From: Acidimicrobiia bacterium
GTDB lineage: Bacteria > Actinomycetota > Acidimicrobiia > Spongiisociales > JAHEDJ01
NCBI GenBank assembly: GCA_035471805.1
Contig: DATIPS010000004.1
Location: 973-64,972, forward strand
Reading direction: 5' to 3'
Length of the DNA: 64,000 bases
Below the pieces are notes generated by a model. It was not told the origin of the DNA, made no database searches, and saw only the letters and a list, made by a program, of their open reading frames with translations. Made by a program: the position numbers and the translations under genes. Positions 19,891 to 29,068 of the stretch are shown here, one piece after another (position 1 is the first letter of the stretch; each line of letters starts with the position of its first letter).

Positions 19891-20703
19891 CTACTGACCG
19901 CGCTCCTGGGGGGTCTCGTGGGTCGACGACCGCGGAAGCCGTCTTCCACGATCGTCCAGGCCGGCCGCCGCGAGGATTTCGGGCGGCGCCAGCTCAGGCG
20001 GGATTGCCATCGACCGGGTCGCAGGAGCCGTTGATTGCCGATCGAGCGGCCGGGCCGCCTCGCCGCTCCAGGCCAGCCACGCCTCGCCGGCAACTGAAGC
20101 CGCCAGCAGGACCACCGCCCACCAGTCGAGTCCCCACAATGTCACCAACCCGGCCACCGGTATTCCTATTCGGGCGGCCCACAAGCCTTCCGTCCGCGTC
20201 TTTCCGTACGCCCAGGCGACGCCGGGCGCACCGACGATCAGGAACCAGGCGGCGATCGGAACCGGCGAGCCCGTCAAGAAAGCGGTGACCCCCGGCAGAA
20301 CCAGCAAGGTCAGCAGCAATGCGACCGATTTGGGAGGCGGGCCTCCGGGTGTCGGAGGCCGGAGATAATCTTCGAGCGACGGTCCGACCAAGGCGGACAC
20401 CGCCAAACCCGACAGCAGCAGCGCGACCATCCAGTTGTTGGAAATCGGCATCGTCAAGGCCATGCCGGCCATGAGGCCGATCACCACCATAGAAAACCGG
20501 CGCGCCCAGCGGGCTCTAACCACGACGAGACCGACGATGGCCACCAGCGTCACGATCAGCAGGTCGACGGCCGCCACTGCGGCGGCAGCCGTTCCGATCG
20601 TAGGCTCGCCAAAGGCCAGCGTTATCGCCCAGGCAACGGCAGCGGCCAACAGGGCTGCCGGAGCGAAGATCGGAGGTTTCTGCACGGCGCCATTATGACG
20701 CAC
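19891..20703 (-). CDS. Polytopic integral membrane protein, hypothetical
   Basis: At least six hydrophobic segments and a Pro/Arg-rich C-terminal tail. I recognise no family motif. Confidence 0.55.
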   Translation of the reverse strand: MRHNGAVQKPPIFAPAALLAAAVAWAITLAFGEPTIGTAAAAVAAVDLLIVTLVAIVGLVVVRARWARRFSMVVIGLMAGMALTMPISNNWMVALLLSGLAVSALVGPSLEDYLRPPTPGGPPPKSVALLLTLLVLPGVTAFLTGSPVPIAAWFLIVGAPGVAWAYGKTRTEGLWAARIGIPVAGLVTLWGLDWWAVVLLAASVAGEAWLAWSGEAARPLDRQSTAPATRSMAIPPELAPPEILAAAGLDDRGRRLPRSSTHETPQERGQ

Positions 20704-20736
20704 GCTCGCAGGTTGTCCTGCCTACCATCGAAGTCC

Positions 20737-21252
20737 ATGATGTCGCGCTGGCCCGGTGAGTTCTCGTTCTGCCCGATGTGCTCCGCCGAACTCACAACCC
20801 GGGACATGGCCGGAGGGGAGCGCAGAGCCTGTGCGGAGTGCGGATACGTCCATTGGCGCAATCCCGGGGTCGGAGCTGCGGTACTCGTGCGCGACGGCGC
20901 AGGAAGGGTGCTCCTCATTCGCCGGGCCCCGGGATCGACCAAACCCGGCTTGTGGGCGATTCCGGCCGGATACGTCGACTACGGCGAAGACGTTCGAGAA
21001 GCCGCTCGCCGTGAAATGCAGGAAGAGACCGGCTTGATCGTCGAAGTTGGTGAACCGGTGTTCGTGGCCTCCAACTTCCATGACCCCGCCAAACTCACGG
21101 TCGGTATCTGGTTTGCGGGGACCGTCACCGGGGGAGTCCTGGAAGCCGGAGATGATGCCGACGAGGTCGGCTATTTCGCTCTGGACGATCTGCCGCCTCT
21201 GGCGTTCGATACCGATACAGCCCTGCTGGACTCGCTTCGGGAAGGAGCCTGA
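20737..21252 (+). CDS. NUDIX hydrolase with N-terminal zinc ribbon
   Basis: CPMC...CAECG zinc ribbon, then the Nudix box GLWAIPAGYVDYGEDVREAARREMQEETGL. Start trimmed to the Met at 20737 to avoid overlap with the divergent gene. Confidence 0.8.
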   Translation: MMSRWPGEFSFCPMCSAELTTRDMAGGERRACAECGYVHWRNPGVGAAVLVRDGAGRVLLIRRAPGSTKPGLWAIPAGYVDYGEDVREAARREMQEETGLIVEVGEPVFVASNFHDPAKLTVGIWFAGTVTGGVLEAGDDADEVGYFALDDLPPLAFDTDTALLDSLREGA

Positions 21253-21255
21253 GCG

Positions 21256-21876
21256 CTATCCCGGAGGCGATTGGGGCGCCGACTCCGGCTCCCATACGCT
21301 CATTTCGCGCCATGGCGTATCCGGCCGAAGCGAAACCACGGCTGCGTGTCCCGGCTTTCCTTCCTGCTGCCTGCGGTGGTCGGCGCCCGTCAGCCGGAGG
21401 CGGGCGGCATGGATCGGATCCTGGTGCCCGACGATTACCACATCGCCGTTCGAATACCGGGCAGAGAGCTCCGTTGCGACATCGGTCACCCGGTCGGCCA
21501 ACTGCTCGAGCGACTCGGAGGCGAAGTCCAGATCCCAGGGGTGAGTGAGGTACGCCTCGAGCTCCCCCGGAACCCGTTGCGGCAAGTCCTCCCACCGGAT
21601 GCCCGACCATCGCGAGGAAAGACGCCACTCCGTCAGCCTCTCGTCGACGTGGACGGGCAGCTGGTGGCGGGCCGCGATGAAGTGAGCGGTCTCGATCGCC
21701 CGCTGGAGTGGAGACGACCAAACGGCGACAACCGGCCGCGAAGAGAGAAACCGGCCGGCTTCCTTCGCCTGCAGGCTGCCCAGCGTGCTCAGCCCGAAGC
21801 CGGGCAAGTCCGCGTACACGAGATGCTTGGGGTTCTCGACCTCCCCGTGTCGCGTCAGATGAACCATCGATGCCAT
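21256..21876 (-). CDS. Histidine phosphatase (phosphoglycerate mutase-like) family protein
   Basis: N-terminal VHLTRHGEVENP (RHG motif) and a later VIVGHQDPI histidine motif. Confidence 0.8.
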   Translation of the reverse strand: MASMVHLTRHGEVENPKHLVYADLPGFGLSTLGSLQAKEAGRFLSSRPVVAVWSSPLQRAIETAHFIAARHQLPVHVDERLTEWRLSSRWSGIRWEDLPQRVPGELEAYLTHPWDLDFASESLEQLADRVTDVATELSARYSNGDVVIVGHQDPIHAARLRLTGADHRRQQEGKPGHAAVVSLRPDTPWREMSVWEPESAPQSPPG

Positions 21877-21890
21877 GGCGGCGAGTGTAA

Positions 21891-23132
21891 ATGGTCACAG
21901 CTCTCGAATTGTTCGTATCGCCGCCGACCCTGTTCTATCGTCGGAGCGTGCCGTCTGAACAGTCCTTCCGTGAGCCGATCATCCACCTGGACATGGACGC
22001 CTTCTTCGTCGAGGTGGAGCGACTCCGCAGTCCCGGGTTGCGTGGAGCGAGCGTGGTCGTGGGCGGCACCGGCCCGCGCGGCGTCGTCGCGTCGGCGTCT
22101 TACGAGGCCAGAGCGTACGGTGTCCGGTCCGCCATGCCGATGGGGAGAGCGAGGCGCCTCTGTCCCCAACTGGTCGTCGTTCCGCCTGATCACGTCGAAT
22201 ACCGTCGAGTCAGCGCCCTCGTATTCGAGATCCTCCGGCGATTCACTCCGCACGTGGAGGGTCTGTCCATCGACGAAGCGTTCCTGGACGTCTCCGGTAT
22301 GCGACGACACTTCGAAGACGCCTCGTCGGTGGCCGAGGCGCTTCGGGAGACGTTGAGGACCGAGCTCGGGCTCCCGTCATCGGCAGGTGTTGCCCCGAAC
22401 AAGCTTCTCGCCAAGCTGGCGTCTCAGGAGGCGAAGCCCGATGGGATTCGCCTGGTGGCGGCGGACGAGGTCGGTCGGTTTCTTCACCCGCTGCCGGTGC
22501 GGCGCCTCTGGGGGGTTGGGGAGGCTACCCATGCGCTGCTCGAACGCCTGGGGGTCCGGACGATCGGCGACCTGGCCGGCATCCCGCCCGCCACTCTGGA
22601 GAGACGGATCGGTGCGACCCTCGGTCGCCATCTTCACCAGCTCGCCCGCGGGGTCGATGACCGCCCGGTGGCCGTAGGGGGTGAGACGAAGTCGATCTCG
22701 GTGGAAGCCACGTTTGACGCTGATATCGAAGGTGTGGACCGAATCGAAGCCGAGTTGCTGCGGCAATCCGAGCAGGTAGCCGAGAGGATGCGGAAGGCGG
22801 GGATGGCCGGCCGGACGATCACTCTGAAGATACGATTCGGGGACTTCACGACTATTACCCGCAGCCGAACACTCGAATCTCCTACGAACGTCGGACGCGA
22901 CATCTATCGCACGGCGGTTCAACTCCTGCAACGTTCGGGGGTCGGCGGCAGGCCGGTTCGGTTGATCGGTGTCGGCCTGTCCACGCTCGAGGCAGACGGG
23001 GCTCCTCACCAGCTGGCAACTGATCGTCCCGCCGCCTGGGACGATCTGGCCGATGCGATCTCCGAGGTGCGTGCCAGGTTCGGGTCTGAGGCTGTGCACC
23101 CGGCTAGGTTGACACGCCCGGAAGCCGAATGA
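21891..23132 (+). CDS. dinB: DNA polymerase IV (Y-family)
   Basis: IIHLDMDAFFVEVE, SIDEAFLDV and the little-finger region. The true start may be the in-frame GTG at 21948. Confidence 0.9.
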   Translation: MVTALELFVSPPTLFYRRSVPSEQSFREPIIHLDMDAFFVEVERLRSPGLRGASVVVGGTGPRGVVASASYEARAYGVRSAMPMGRARRLCPQLVVVPPDHVEYRRVSALVFEILRRFTPHVEGLSIDEAFLDVSGMRRHFEDASSVAEALRETLRTELGLPSSAGVAPNKLLAKLASQEAKPDGIRLVAADEVGRFLHPLPVRRLWGVGEATHALLERLGVRTIGDLAGIPPATLERRIGATLGRHLHQLARGVDDRPVAVGGETKSISVEATFDADIEGVDRIEAELLRQSEQVAERMRKAGMAGRTITLKIRFGDFTTITRSRTLESPTNVGRDIYRTAVQLLQRSGVGGRPVRLIGVGLSTLEADGAPHQLATDRPAAWDDLADAISEVRARFGSEAVHPARLTRPEAE

Positions 23133-23200
23133 CGTCGAGACTCTTTAGCGGACTGCAACGTATAATGAGGCCACAAGGGACAGATCCAACGGAAGCGCAG

Positions 23201-23560
23201 ATGCCATTAGACGACAGAGAGCAGCAGATACTGGCGGAGATCGAGCGCCAGTTCTATCAGGAAGATCCTGATCTCGCCAACGCCGTCCGGAATATCTCAG
23301 GGCGTGGTCTGAGCCGCCTGGCCGGACGTTTGGCCATCGCCGGGATATTCGTGGGAATAATCACGTTGATAGCTACCTTTCGCTACAACACCTTCATCGC
23401 CCTGACCGGATTCTTGATGATCGTGATCTCCACTACGGCAGTTCTGCGAGGCTACCGGCGTCGCGATGGTGCCGGCGACGGGGAATCGGAAGGCCCGGGG
23501 TTGTGGAGTTCCTGGACTGCGAAAATCCGGAATAACCGACGGTTCCGACCTCCGTCCTGA
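23201..23560 (+). CDS. DUF3040 domain membrane protein
   Basis: Start trimmed to the ATG at 23201. MPLDDREQQILAEIERQFYQEDPDL is the DUF3040 signature, followed by two TM helices. TATAAT lies at 23161-23166 upstream. Confidence 0.7.
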   Translation: MPLDDREQQILAEIERQFYQEDPDLANAVRNISGRGLSRLAGRLAIAGIFVGIITLIATFRYNTFIALTGFLMIVISTTAVLRGYRRRDGAGDGESEGPGLWSSWTAKIRNNRRFRPPS

Positions 23561-23683
23561 TTCGCTAGAGTGACCCCCCCGGCGCACCGGGAGTCGGGAA
23601 GTCCCGGTCACTTCGGCGTCGGGTTGAGGATCGAAATTCGCGACGAGTTGTGTTCGTCGCTGAGCGTTTTGGGGAGTTGAGGT

Positions 23684-24178
23684 TTGAACGACGGATACAC
23701 GGCTCAGCAGGCATCGAAGCTGACAGGCTGCACACCTCATCAACTCCGCTATTGGGATCGCGTCGATCTGGTCCGCCCGTCGCTGCAATCAACGGGCGGC
23801 CGCCCCGGAGTACGCCGCCTGTACTCGTTCCGTGACCTCGTCGCCTTGCGCGTCGTCCGGAGCCTGCTCGACAACGGAATGTCTGTGCAGAGAGTTCGGC
23901 GCGCCTGGGACTACTTGCGGCGCAATGCCGAGATGGAATCGCATCTGGCCGAGGTGAAACTCATCACGGACGGCACCTCGATTTTCAAGATCGCATCGGA
24001 CGACGGAGAACTGCTCGATGCGCTTCGCGAGGGTCAGATGGCCTTCTTCGTTGCCATCGATTCGATCACCCGGGAAGTCGAAGAGGACGTCACCCGGTTC
24101 GAACTCGATCGGGATCACTTCCTCGAGATACTGCGCCTCGTCGAAGAGGACGTAGCTTCAGAGGCTTCCGGCTCGTAG
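23684..24178 (+). CDS. MerR family transcriptional regulator
   Basis: HTH region YTAQQASKLTGCTPHQLRYWDRVDLVRP...RLYSFRDLVALRVV. TTG start as listed in the ORF track. Confidence 0.8.
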   Translation: MNDGYTAQQASKLTGCTPHQLRYWDRVDLVRPSLQSTGGRPGVRRLYSFRDLVALRVVRSLLDNGMSVQRVRRAWDYLRRNAEMESHLAEVKLITDGTSIFKIASDDGELLDALREGQMAFFVAIDSITREVEEDVTRFELDRDHFLEILRLVEEDVASEASGS

Positions 24179-24203
24179 TGACGGGTGATCGGCCTCCTGC
24201 CGT

Positions 24204-26618
24204 CTAGCCGTTCTTTCGAAGCGAATGAGGCGTCAGCCACGATCTGATCATCTGCCAGCGCGTGTGCCGATGGCGCAAGACAGACTCGGCGGATTCGAAC
24301 GATCTCATTCCGATCTCCACCTGCCGCCGGCCGAGCCGACGAGGCGGCCCGTAGACGGTTTCGCCGTAGACCGCGGCAAGGGCTGTTAGGGACGGTTCGG
24401 TCGTGACCGCGAGTTCTGCAGGCGTCTTCCACTCGGAAACGTCGTAGCGGAGGTCCGTGAGCCGATCGATGATTTCCTCCCATGCCGCAGAAATGTCGCC
24501 GGTCTTCAATCGGCGAAGGCGCAGCCGCCGGCGGATCCACTTGATGGCAGGACTCAGTCCGATCAGCGTCGCGCCCGTGGCCAGCAGGATCCAGCCCCAC
24601 GGAACGCCGCCTCCGGTGGCGGCGTCGCCGGAGCCGACGAAGGGGGTGTTGGCTTCGAGGATGTCGTCAGGGTTTTCCAGCAGCGCATCCCGATCGGGGC
24701 CGAACGGGATCGGTTGTCCGTCCGGGCCGAGCACGACGTTGTCGTCGAGGAACTCGGGCTCCGGCACATACAGAGTCGGATCGAAGCCGGCGAGGCTGTC
24801 GACCGCGGAGGGATTGTCCCCCGTGCCGCGCGGCGTCGGATCGAAGCGAACCCAGCCCTGGCCGTCCATCCACAGCTCGACCCACGAGTGCGCGTTGCGC
24901 TGACGGACGACGATGAGTCCGTCGCTCTGCTGGTCGCCCGGCGTGAAGCCGATGACGACCCGGCTCGGTATGTCGAGAACCCGGGCAAGGACCGCCAGCG
25001 AAGTCGCGAACTGTTCGCAATAGCCGGTCCGGTACCCGGGGCTTTCGGGATCGGTCAGCCAATCGGCGAGGTTCTCGGCCGAGTGACCGGGTTCGATGTC
25101 GACCGAGTATTGGAAGCCGCCCGGCTGAGTGTTGCGAAGAAACCGCTCCAGGAACAACGCCTTCTCGAAATCGCCGGTTGCCTCCAGGGTCTCGTCCCTG
25201 GCCAGTGCCAGGAGCCGGACGTCGAGGTCGTCCGGAAGCTCGAGGAAATCCTCTAGATCTTCGGGTGGTTCGACCGCCGGCGTGGTGGCTGCCGTTCCAT
25301 CGAAGGCGGTGTCGTTCCTCGCCGTGGCAAAGACGGGCGAGAGTTCGCCGTCGACCGTGGCGAGGACGTTGATATCGGGTCGCGGTACCTCCGAACGGAC
25401 CCGATAGGTGAGCCCTTCGAACGTCAGGGCGTCAAACCGCACCGAAGCATCGTTGCGAATGCGGAGGCTCTGCGAGACGACCTCCGTCTCAGAAGTCACC
25501 CCGTTCGGCGCATACAGCACGGGGAGATAGTTCATCTGGAGGGTTCGAATCTGGACGACCTGGTCAACGGTCGTGGTGGGTCCTCGAAACTCGTGGCCCC
25601 GGGCTTCCCACGCCTCCCCGGCCGCAGGGGTTCTGCTGCCGCGGTTCGTGAGGTACCAGTTCTCCCCATCGAAGGCGTCGAGGGTCACCAGCCGCCAGTA
25701 CATGTCATTCCGGCTGAGGTCGGAATCCGAGACTCTGGCCACGAAGACGGGCTCGTCGGACAGTGACAGCAGCGATTCCTGGACGATTCCGGTGTACAGG
25801 TTGTAGGAGACTCCTCCGTAGATTCCGTCTCCGAACCCGGAGCGGCTGCGCCACTCGAGGACACCGCTCTCGGGCACGCGTCCGGCGGCAGCATCCGTGC
25901 CGAACAGCGTGAGTGAACCGAGCGCGGCCAGGGCCACAACCGGAACGAACCAGCTGTTGCGAGGCATGGCGAGCCCGTCCGGGCCCCGCAGACGCCCGGT
26001 GCCGCTCAGCCGGTCCTCGCCGGCGATGCCGGCTATTGCCAACATGACGATGATCAGGAACGAGACCGTCCACGGGAGGCTGGAAGGGGCTCTGTCGATC
26101 GTCGAGAGCTGCAGATAGAACATGAGCGGCGGAACGCTCCCGATCCACGGATGGCCGGAGGTCAGCCCCCATACCGCCAGCATGCCGAAGGTCCAGAAGA
26201 CCATCGCCAGGATTATGACCAACCCGACGTATGGGACGACCGGGGCATTTCCGAAGCGAAGCAGCTGTAGCGCGAACGAGAACTCTTCGGCCAGCTCGGC
26301 GAATGTGGTCGCGGTCGGGATCACGCCGAAGGTGAGAGTGTCCGGCGTACCGATACGGACGACCGCCAGAAGCATGCCGCCGGCGTTCAGCGCGATCGTC
26401 CCAGAGCGTCCGACCCGGTAGGTGCGTGCGACCCAGGTGATCACCCCACCGAGGATCGCGGAGGCGATCAGAATGATCTCCCACGACGCTGCACTCTCCG
26501 CCGGTCGAAGGAGTCGTTGCAGCCGGAACAGATCGAGCAGGACCGCCCCGGATACGGCTATCGCGCTGAGACGGTAGACCATGTTCTCCTCGTTGCTTCG
26601 AGCCAGGCGGCCGACCAA
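24204..26618 (-). CDS. Transglutaminase-like domain membrane protein (TgpA-like)
   Basis: N-terminal polytopic region. Cys-His-Asp core GYCEQFATS / NAHSWVELW / RFDPTP. C-terminal TM helix. An alternative start at 26582 would shorten the overlap with the DUF58 gene. Confidence 0.8.
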   Translation of the reverse strand: MVGRLARSNEENMVYRLSAIAVSGAVLLDLFRLQRLLRPAESAASWEIILIASAILGGVITWVARTYRVGRSGTIALNAGGMLLAVVRIGTPDTLTFGVIPTATTFAELAEEFSFALQLLRFGNAPVVPYVGLVIILAMVFWTFGMLAVWGLTSGHPWIGSVPPLMFYLQLSTIDRAPSSLPWTVSFLIIVMLAIAGIAGEDRLSGTGRLRGPDGLAMPRNSWFVPVVALAALGSLTLFGTDAAAGRVPESGVLEWRSRSGFGDGIYGGVSYNLYTGIVQESLLSLSDEPVFVARVSDSDLSRNDMYWRLVTLDAFDGENWYLTNRGSRTPAAGEAWEARGHEFRGPTTTVDQVVQIRTLQMNYLPVLYAPNGVTSETEVVSQSLRIRNDASVRFDALTFEGLTYRVRSEVPRPDINVLATVDGELSPVFATARNDTAFDGTAATTPAVEPPEDLEDFLELPDDLDVRLLALARDETLEATGDFEKALFLERFLRNTQPGGFQYSVDIEPGHSAENLADWLTDPESPGYRTGYCEQFATSLAVLARVLDIPSRVVIGFTPGDQQSDGLIVVRQRNAHSWVELWMDGQGWVRFDPTPRGTGDNPSAVDSLAGFDPTLYVPEPEFLDDNVVLGPDGQPIPFGPDRDALLENPDDILEANTPFVGSGDAATGGGVPWGWILLATGATLIGLSPAIKWIRRRLRLRRLKTGDISAAWEEIIDRLTDLRYDVSEWKTPAELAVTTEPSLTALAAVYGETVYGPPRRLGRRQVEIGMRSFESAESVLRHRHTRWQMIRSWLTPHSLRKNG

Positions 26619-27742
26619 GATCCGTCGGCGGGAACGGAGATTGTGACAACACCGGCCCTCTGGTAATCGAGGAGGCCGGTGGAGGGTTGGGAACTGACCG
26701 ACAGCAGAATCGTGGCCGGGTACTCCCTTGCCAGCATCTGCTGTGCCGCGAATAGGTTGGGATCGGGTCGGCCGCTCACGAAGATGAGAACGCCGCCGTC
26801 ACCCGTTTGGCGTAGAGCGCTGAGGACCGATCGGATATCGAGGTCGCGCTGGAGCTTGATCCCGGCAAGGGCCTCCATCGCCCGCGGGAACGAATCAGGA
26901 TCCCTGCTGGATGCTTGCGCGATGCCGGTCCAGAGGTCGGTGTCGAATCCTGAAGCGAACAGGTGTCGCACCACCGAGGCCGCCCCACTGACTGCCTTCT
27001 CGAAGTCGACGGGGTTTTCGTAGCGATCTTCTCGCGCGTCGAGAACCACGAGGGCTCGCGACTGCCAGGGAGTTTCGAGCTGGCGAATCATGAGCTCGTC
27101 CCTCTTGGCCGAACTGGGCCAGTGAACCCTCCGCAGGTCGTCACCCGTGCGGTATTCCCTCAGAGTGAAGAAATCCTCTCCACCCCGATGGGAGAACTCC
27201 GGACGCACCGCATGCATCGACGGATCGCGCCCGCGCACGACCGGGAAATCGTCGAGCGGTTCGATAGTGGGATACACGACCAGCCGGTCGGCCTCGCCCA
27301 GTTCGACGGTTCTCTGGGCGAAACGGAGCGGGTCGCTGAGAGTGAGGCGGGTCGGACCGACCTGGTAGATGCCACGAGGCCGGCAGAGGATTTGATAGGT
27401 CCCGGTGGTTGTCGTTTGCGGTTTGAGCCGGGCAGTCGCGAACCGGGCCGACCCGAGCTCCATGACCTCATCTTCGATCGTCGGATTGAAGATGGACCAG
27501 CGACCCGTGTTGGTGACCGCAGTTCTCACCAGAGCCTGATCGCCTTCACGGACGAGTGTCGGCCGCAGGTGTCTGATGACTCGGGCAGTCGGCTTGCCGA
27601 AGCGCGTGTAGAGCGAGGCAGCGATGGCGGCCGTGGTCAGGAACAGTCCCGTCGCCAGCAGTTCGGTCTCGCCCAGCGCAACCCACAGCAAGACGAGCGC
27701 CAGGCTCGCTCCGAGCGCCGCCCAACCCCGGTCGGTGAGCAT
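26558..27742 (-). CDS. DUF58 domain protein
   Basis: YRTGDDLRRVHWPSSAKRDELMIRQLE signature and two N-terminal TM helices. ATGA overlap with the moxR stop. Confidence 0.8.
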   Translation of the reverse strand: MLTDRGWAALGASLALVLLWVALGETELLATGLFLTTAAIAASLYTRFGKPTARVIRHLRPTLVREGDQALVRTAVTNTGRWSIFNPTIEDEVMELGSARFATARLKPQTTTTGTYQILCRPRGIYQVGPTRLTLSDPLRFAQRTVELGEADRLVVYPTIEPLDDFPVVRGRDPSMHAVRPEFSHRGGEDFFTLREYRTGDDLRRVHWPSSAKRDELMIRQLETPWQSRALVVLDAREDRYENPVDFEKAVSGAASVVRHLFASGFDTDLWTGIAQASSRDPDSFPRAMEALAGIKLQRDLDIRSVLSALRQTGDGGVLIFVSGRPDPNLFAAQQMLAREYPATILLSVSSQPSTGLLDYQRAGVVTISVPADGSWSAAWLEATRRTWSTVSAR

Positions 27743-28725
27743 CAGCTGATCGTTCTGGATCCAGGGACCGGAATCTGCCGCAGAACCGAGGAAAGCACTT
27801 CGGGAATCGCCGTGCCGCGCATTTGCGCCTCGGGTCGCAGCGCCATCCGGTGGGCCAGAACCGGTTCGACGATTGCCTTGATGTCGTCGGGGTTGATGAA
27901 GTCGCGCCCCTCGCTGGCAGCCCTGGCACGTGCGACTCTCTGCAAGAACAGCGCCGAGCGCGGAGACGCCCCCAGCAGAACTTCGTCGTGATGGCGTGTC
28001 GCTTCCACGATATCGATGATGTATCCCTTGACGGCAGGGGACACGTGTACCTGCCTGGCAAGGTCGATCATCCTCATGACGTCCACCGCGCTGATCACCG
28101 GAACAAGAGACTCGAACACCGACCGGATGCCGTGGGTGTCGAGGATTTCCAGGCCCTTCTCCCGGCTGGGGTAGCCGATTGTGAGGCGCATCATGAATCG
28201 GTCGAGTTGCGCCTCGGGCAGAGGATAGGTCCCCTCGTGTTCGAGAGGGTTCTGAGTGGCAACCACCATGAACGGGGGAGGGAGGGGTCGGGTCGTGCCG
28301 TCGACGGTGACCTGGCGCTCTTCCATCGCCTCGAGGAGGGCGGCCTGGGTCTTGGGGCTGGCCCGGTTGATCTCATCGCCCACCACTATGTTGGCAAAGA
28401 TCGCGCCCGGTTTGAACTCGAACTCGCTCGATCCTCGATTCCAGACGGAGACGCCCGTGATGTCGGAAGGCAGGAGATCCGGAGTGAACTGCACACGTTG
28501 AAACTTGCTCTCGATCGATGTCGCCAGTGACTTGGCCAGCAGGGTCTTGCCGACGCCCGGCACGTCTTCGATGAGAGCGTGCCCTTCGGCGATCAGGCAG
28601 ATCACGATCAGATCGATGACGGCCCTCTTACCCTGAATCACCCGCTCGATGTTGTTGCCAATCTCGGTGAACTGATCCGAGAACCAGACGACATCCTCTC
28701 GTTCCAAGGCTTCGATCGTCGTCAC
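27742..28725 (-). CDS. moxR: MoxR-family AAA+ ATPase
   Basis: Walker A GVPGVGKTLLAKS, Walker B/sensor VGDEINRASPKTQAALLEAMEE, and typical MoxR length (327 aa). Confidence 0.9.
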   Translation of the reverse strand: MTTIEALEREDVVWFSDQFTEIGNNIERVIQGKRAVIDLIVICLIAEGHALIEDVPGVGKTLLAKSLATSIESKFQRVQFTPDLLPSDITGVSVWNRGSSEFEFKPGAIFANIVVGDEINRASPKTQAALLEAMEERQVTVDGTTRPLPPPFMVVATQNPLEHEGTYPLPEAQLDRFMMRLTIGYPSREKGLEILDTHGIRSVFESLVPVISAVDVMRMIDLARQVHVSPAVKGYIIDIVEATRHHDEVLLGASPRSALFLQRVARARAASEGRDFINPDDIKAIVEPVLAHRMALRPEAQMRGTAIPEVLSSVLRQIPVPGSRTIS

Positions 28726-28819
28726 AGGTTCAATCCTCCTCGATTTGTGCCAACACAGGTTATCAAAGGCGGGAGACAGTTGATATTGGCGGCTCGTGAT
28801 GTCATATACTGCGATCGGG

Positions 28820-29068
28820 ATGGGGCAAGTGTCTTCAGCGACGCGCGAGCTGGTACGTCACCCCGGCCTTTGGCCGGAGGCGATTAGATCCGTGCTCGCG
28901 CTGGCTCCTTTGCGGTGGTGGGCGCGAGCGCCTTTTCTGCCGTTGCCGGAGCGGCGCTACCTGGCCTGGAGGATCGGCACGGCCTACGGCAGCGCCGGTG
29001 CCGATCTCACGGGCAAAGATCTCGTGGCATACCTACGATGGCGGCGAAGGCGGCGGGGATTGACATGA
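28820..29068 (+). CDS. Hypothetical small protein (Trp/Arg-rich)
   Basis: High GC3 frame. Start placed at the ATG at 28820, just downstream of the candidate promoter TTGATA (28780-28785) / TATACT (28805-28810); an upstream ATG at 28796 is also possible. ATGA overlap with the next gene. Confidence 0.4.
   Translation: MGQVSSATRELVRHPGLWPEAIRSVLALAPLRWWARAPFLPLPERRYLAWRIGTAYGSAGADLTGKDLVAYLRWRRRRRGLT

Noticed and set aside
19353-20093. ORFs 19378-19806 (+) and 19353-20093 (-) that read through the 60-bp repeats and yield duplicated 20-aa peptide segments
   Set aside because: They overlap well-supported membrane-protein and fabF coding regions, and the rest of their translations are low-complexity. 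The in-frame repetition is simply a consequence of the 60-bp unit length.
21904-21915. Possible LexA/SOS box upstream of dinB (TCGAATTGTTCG)
   Set aside because: The half-site spacing does not fit the actinobacterial TCGAAC-N4-GTTCGA consensus; it is only CGAA-N3-TTCG. It may also lie inside the coding region if the ATG at 21891 is the real start.
23161-23166. TATAAT hexamer 35 nt upstream of the DUF3040 start as a defined promoter
   Set aside because: There is no matching -35 element at 16-19 nt spacing, and the hexamer lies just downstream of the dinB stop. It is mentioned as evidence only and is not called as a feature.
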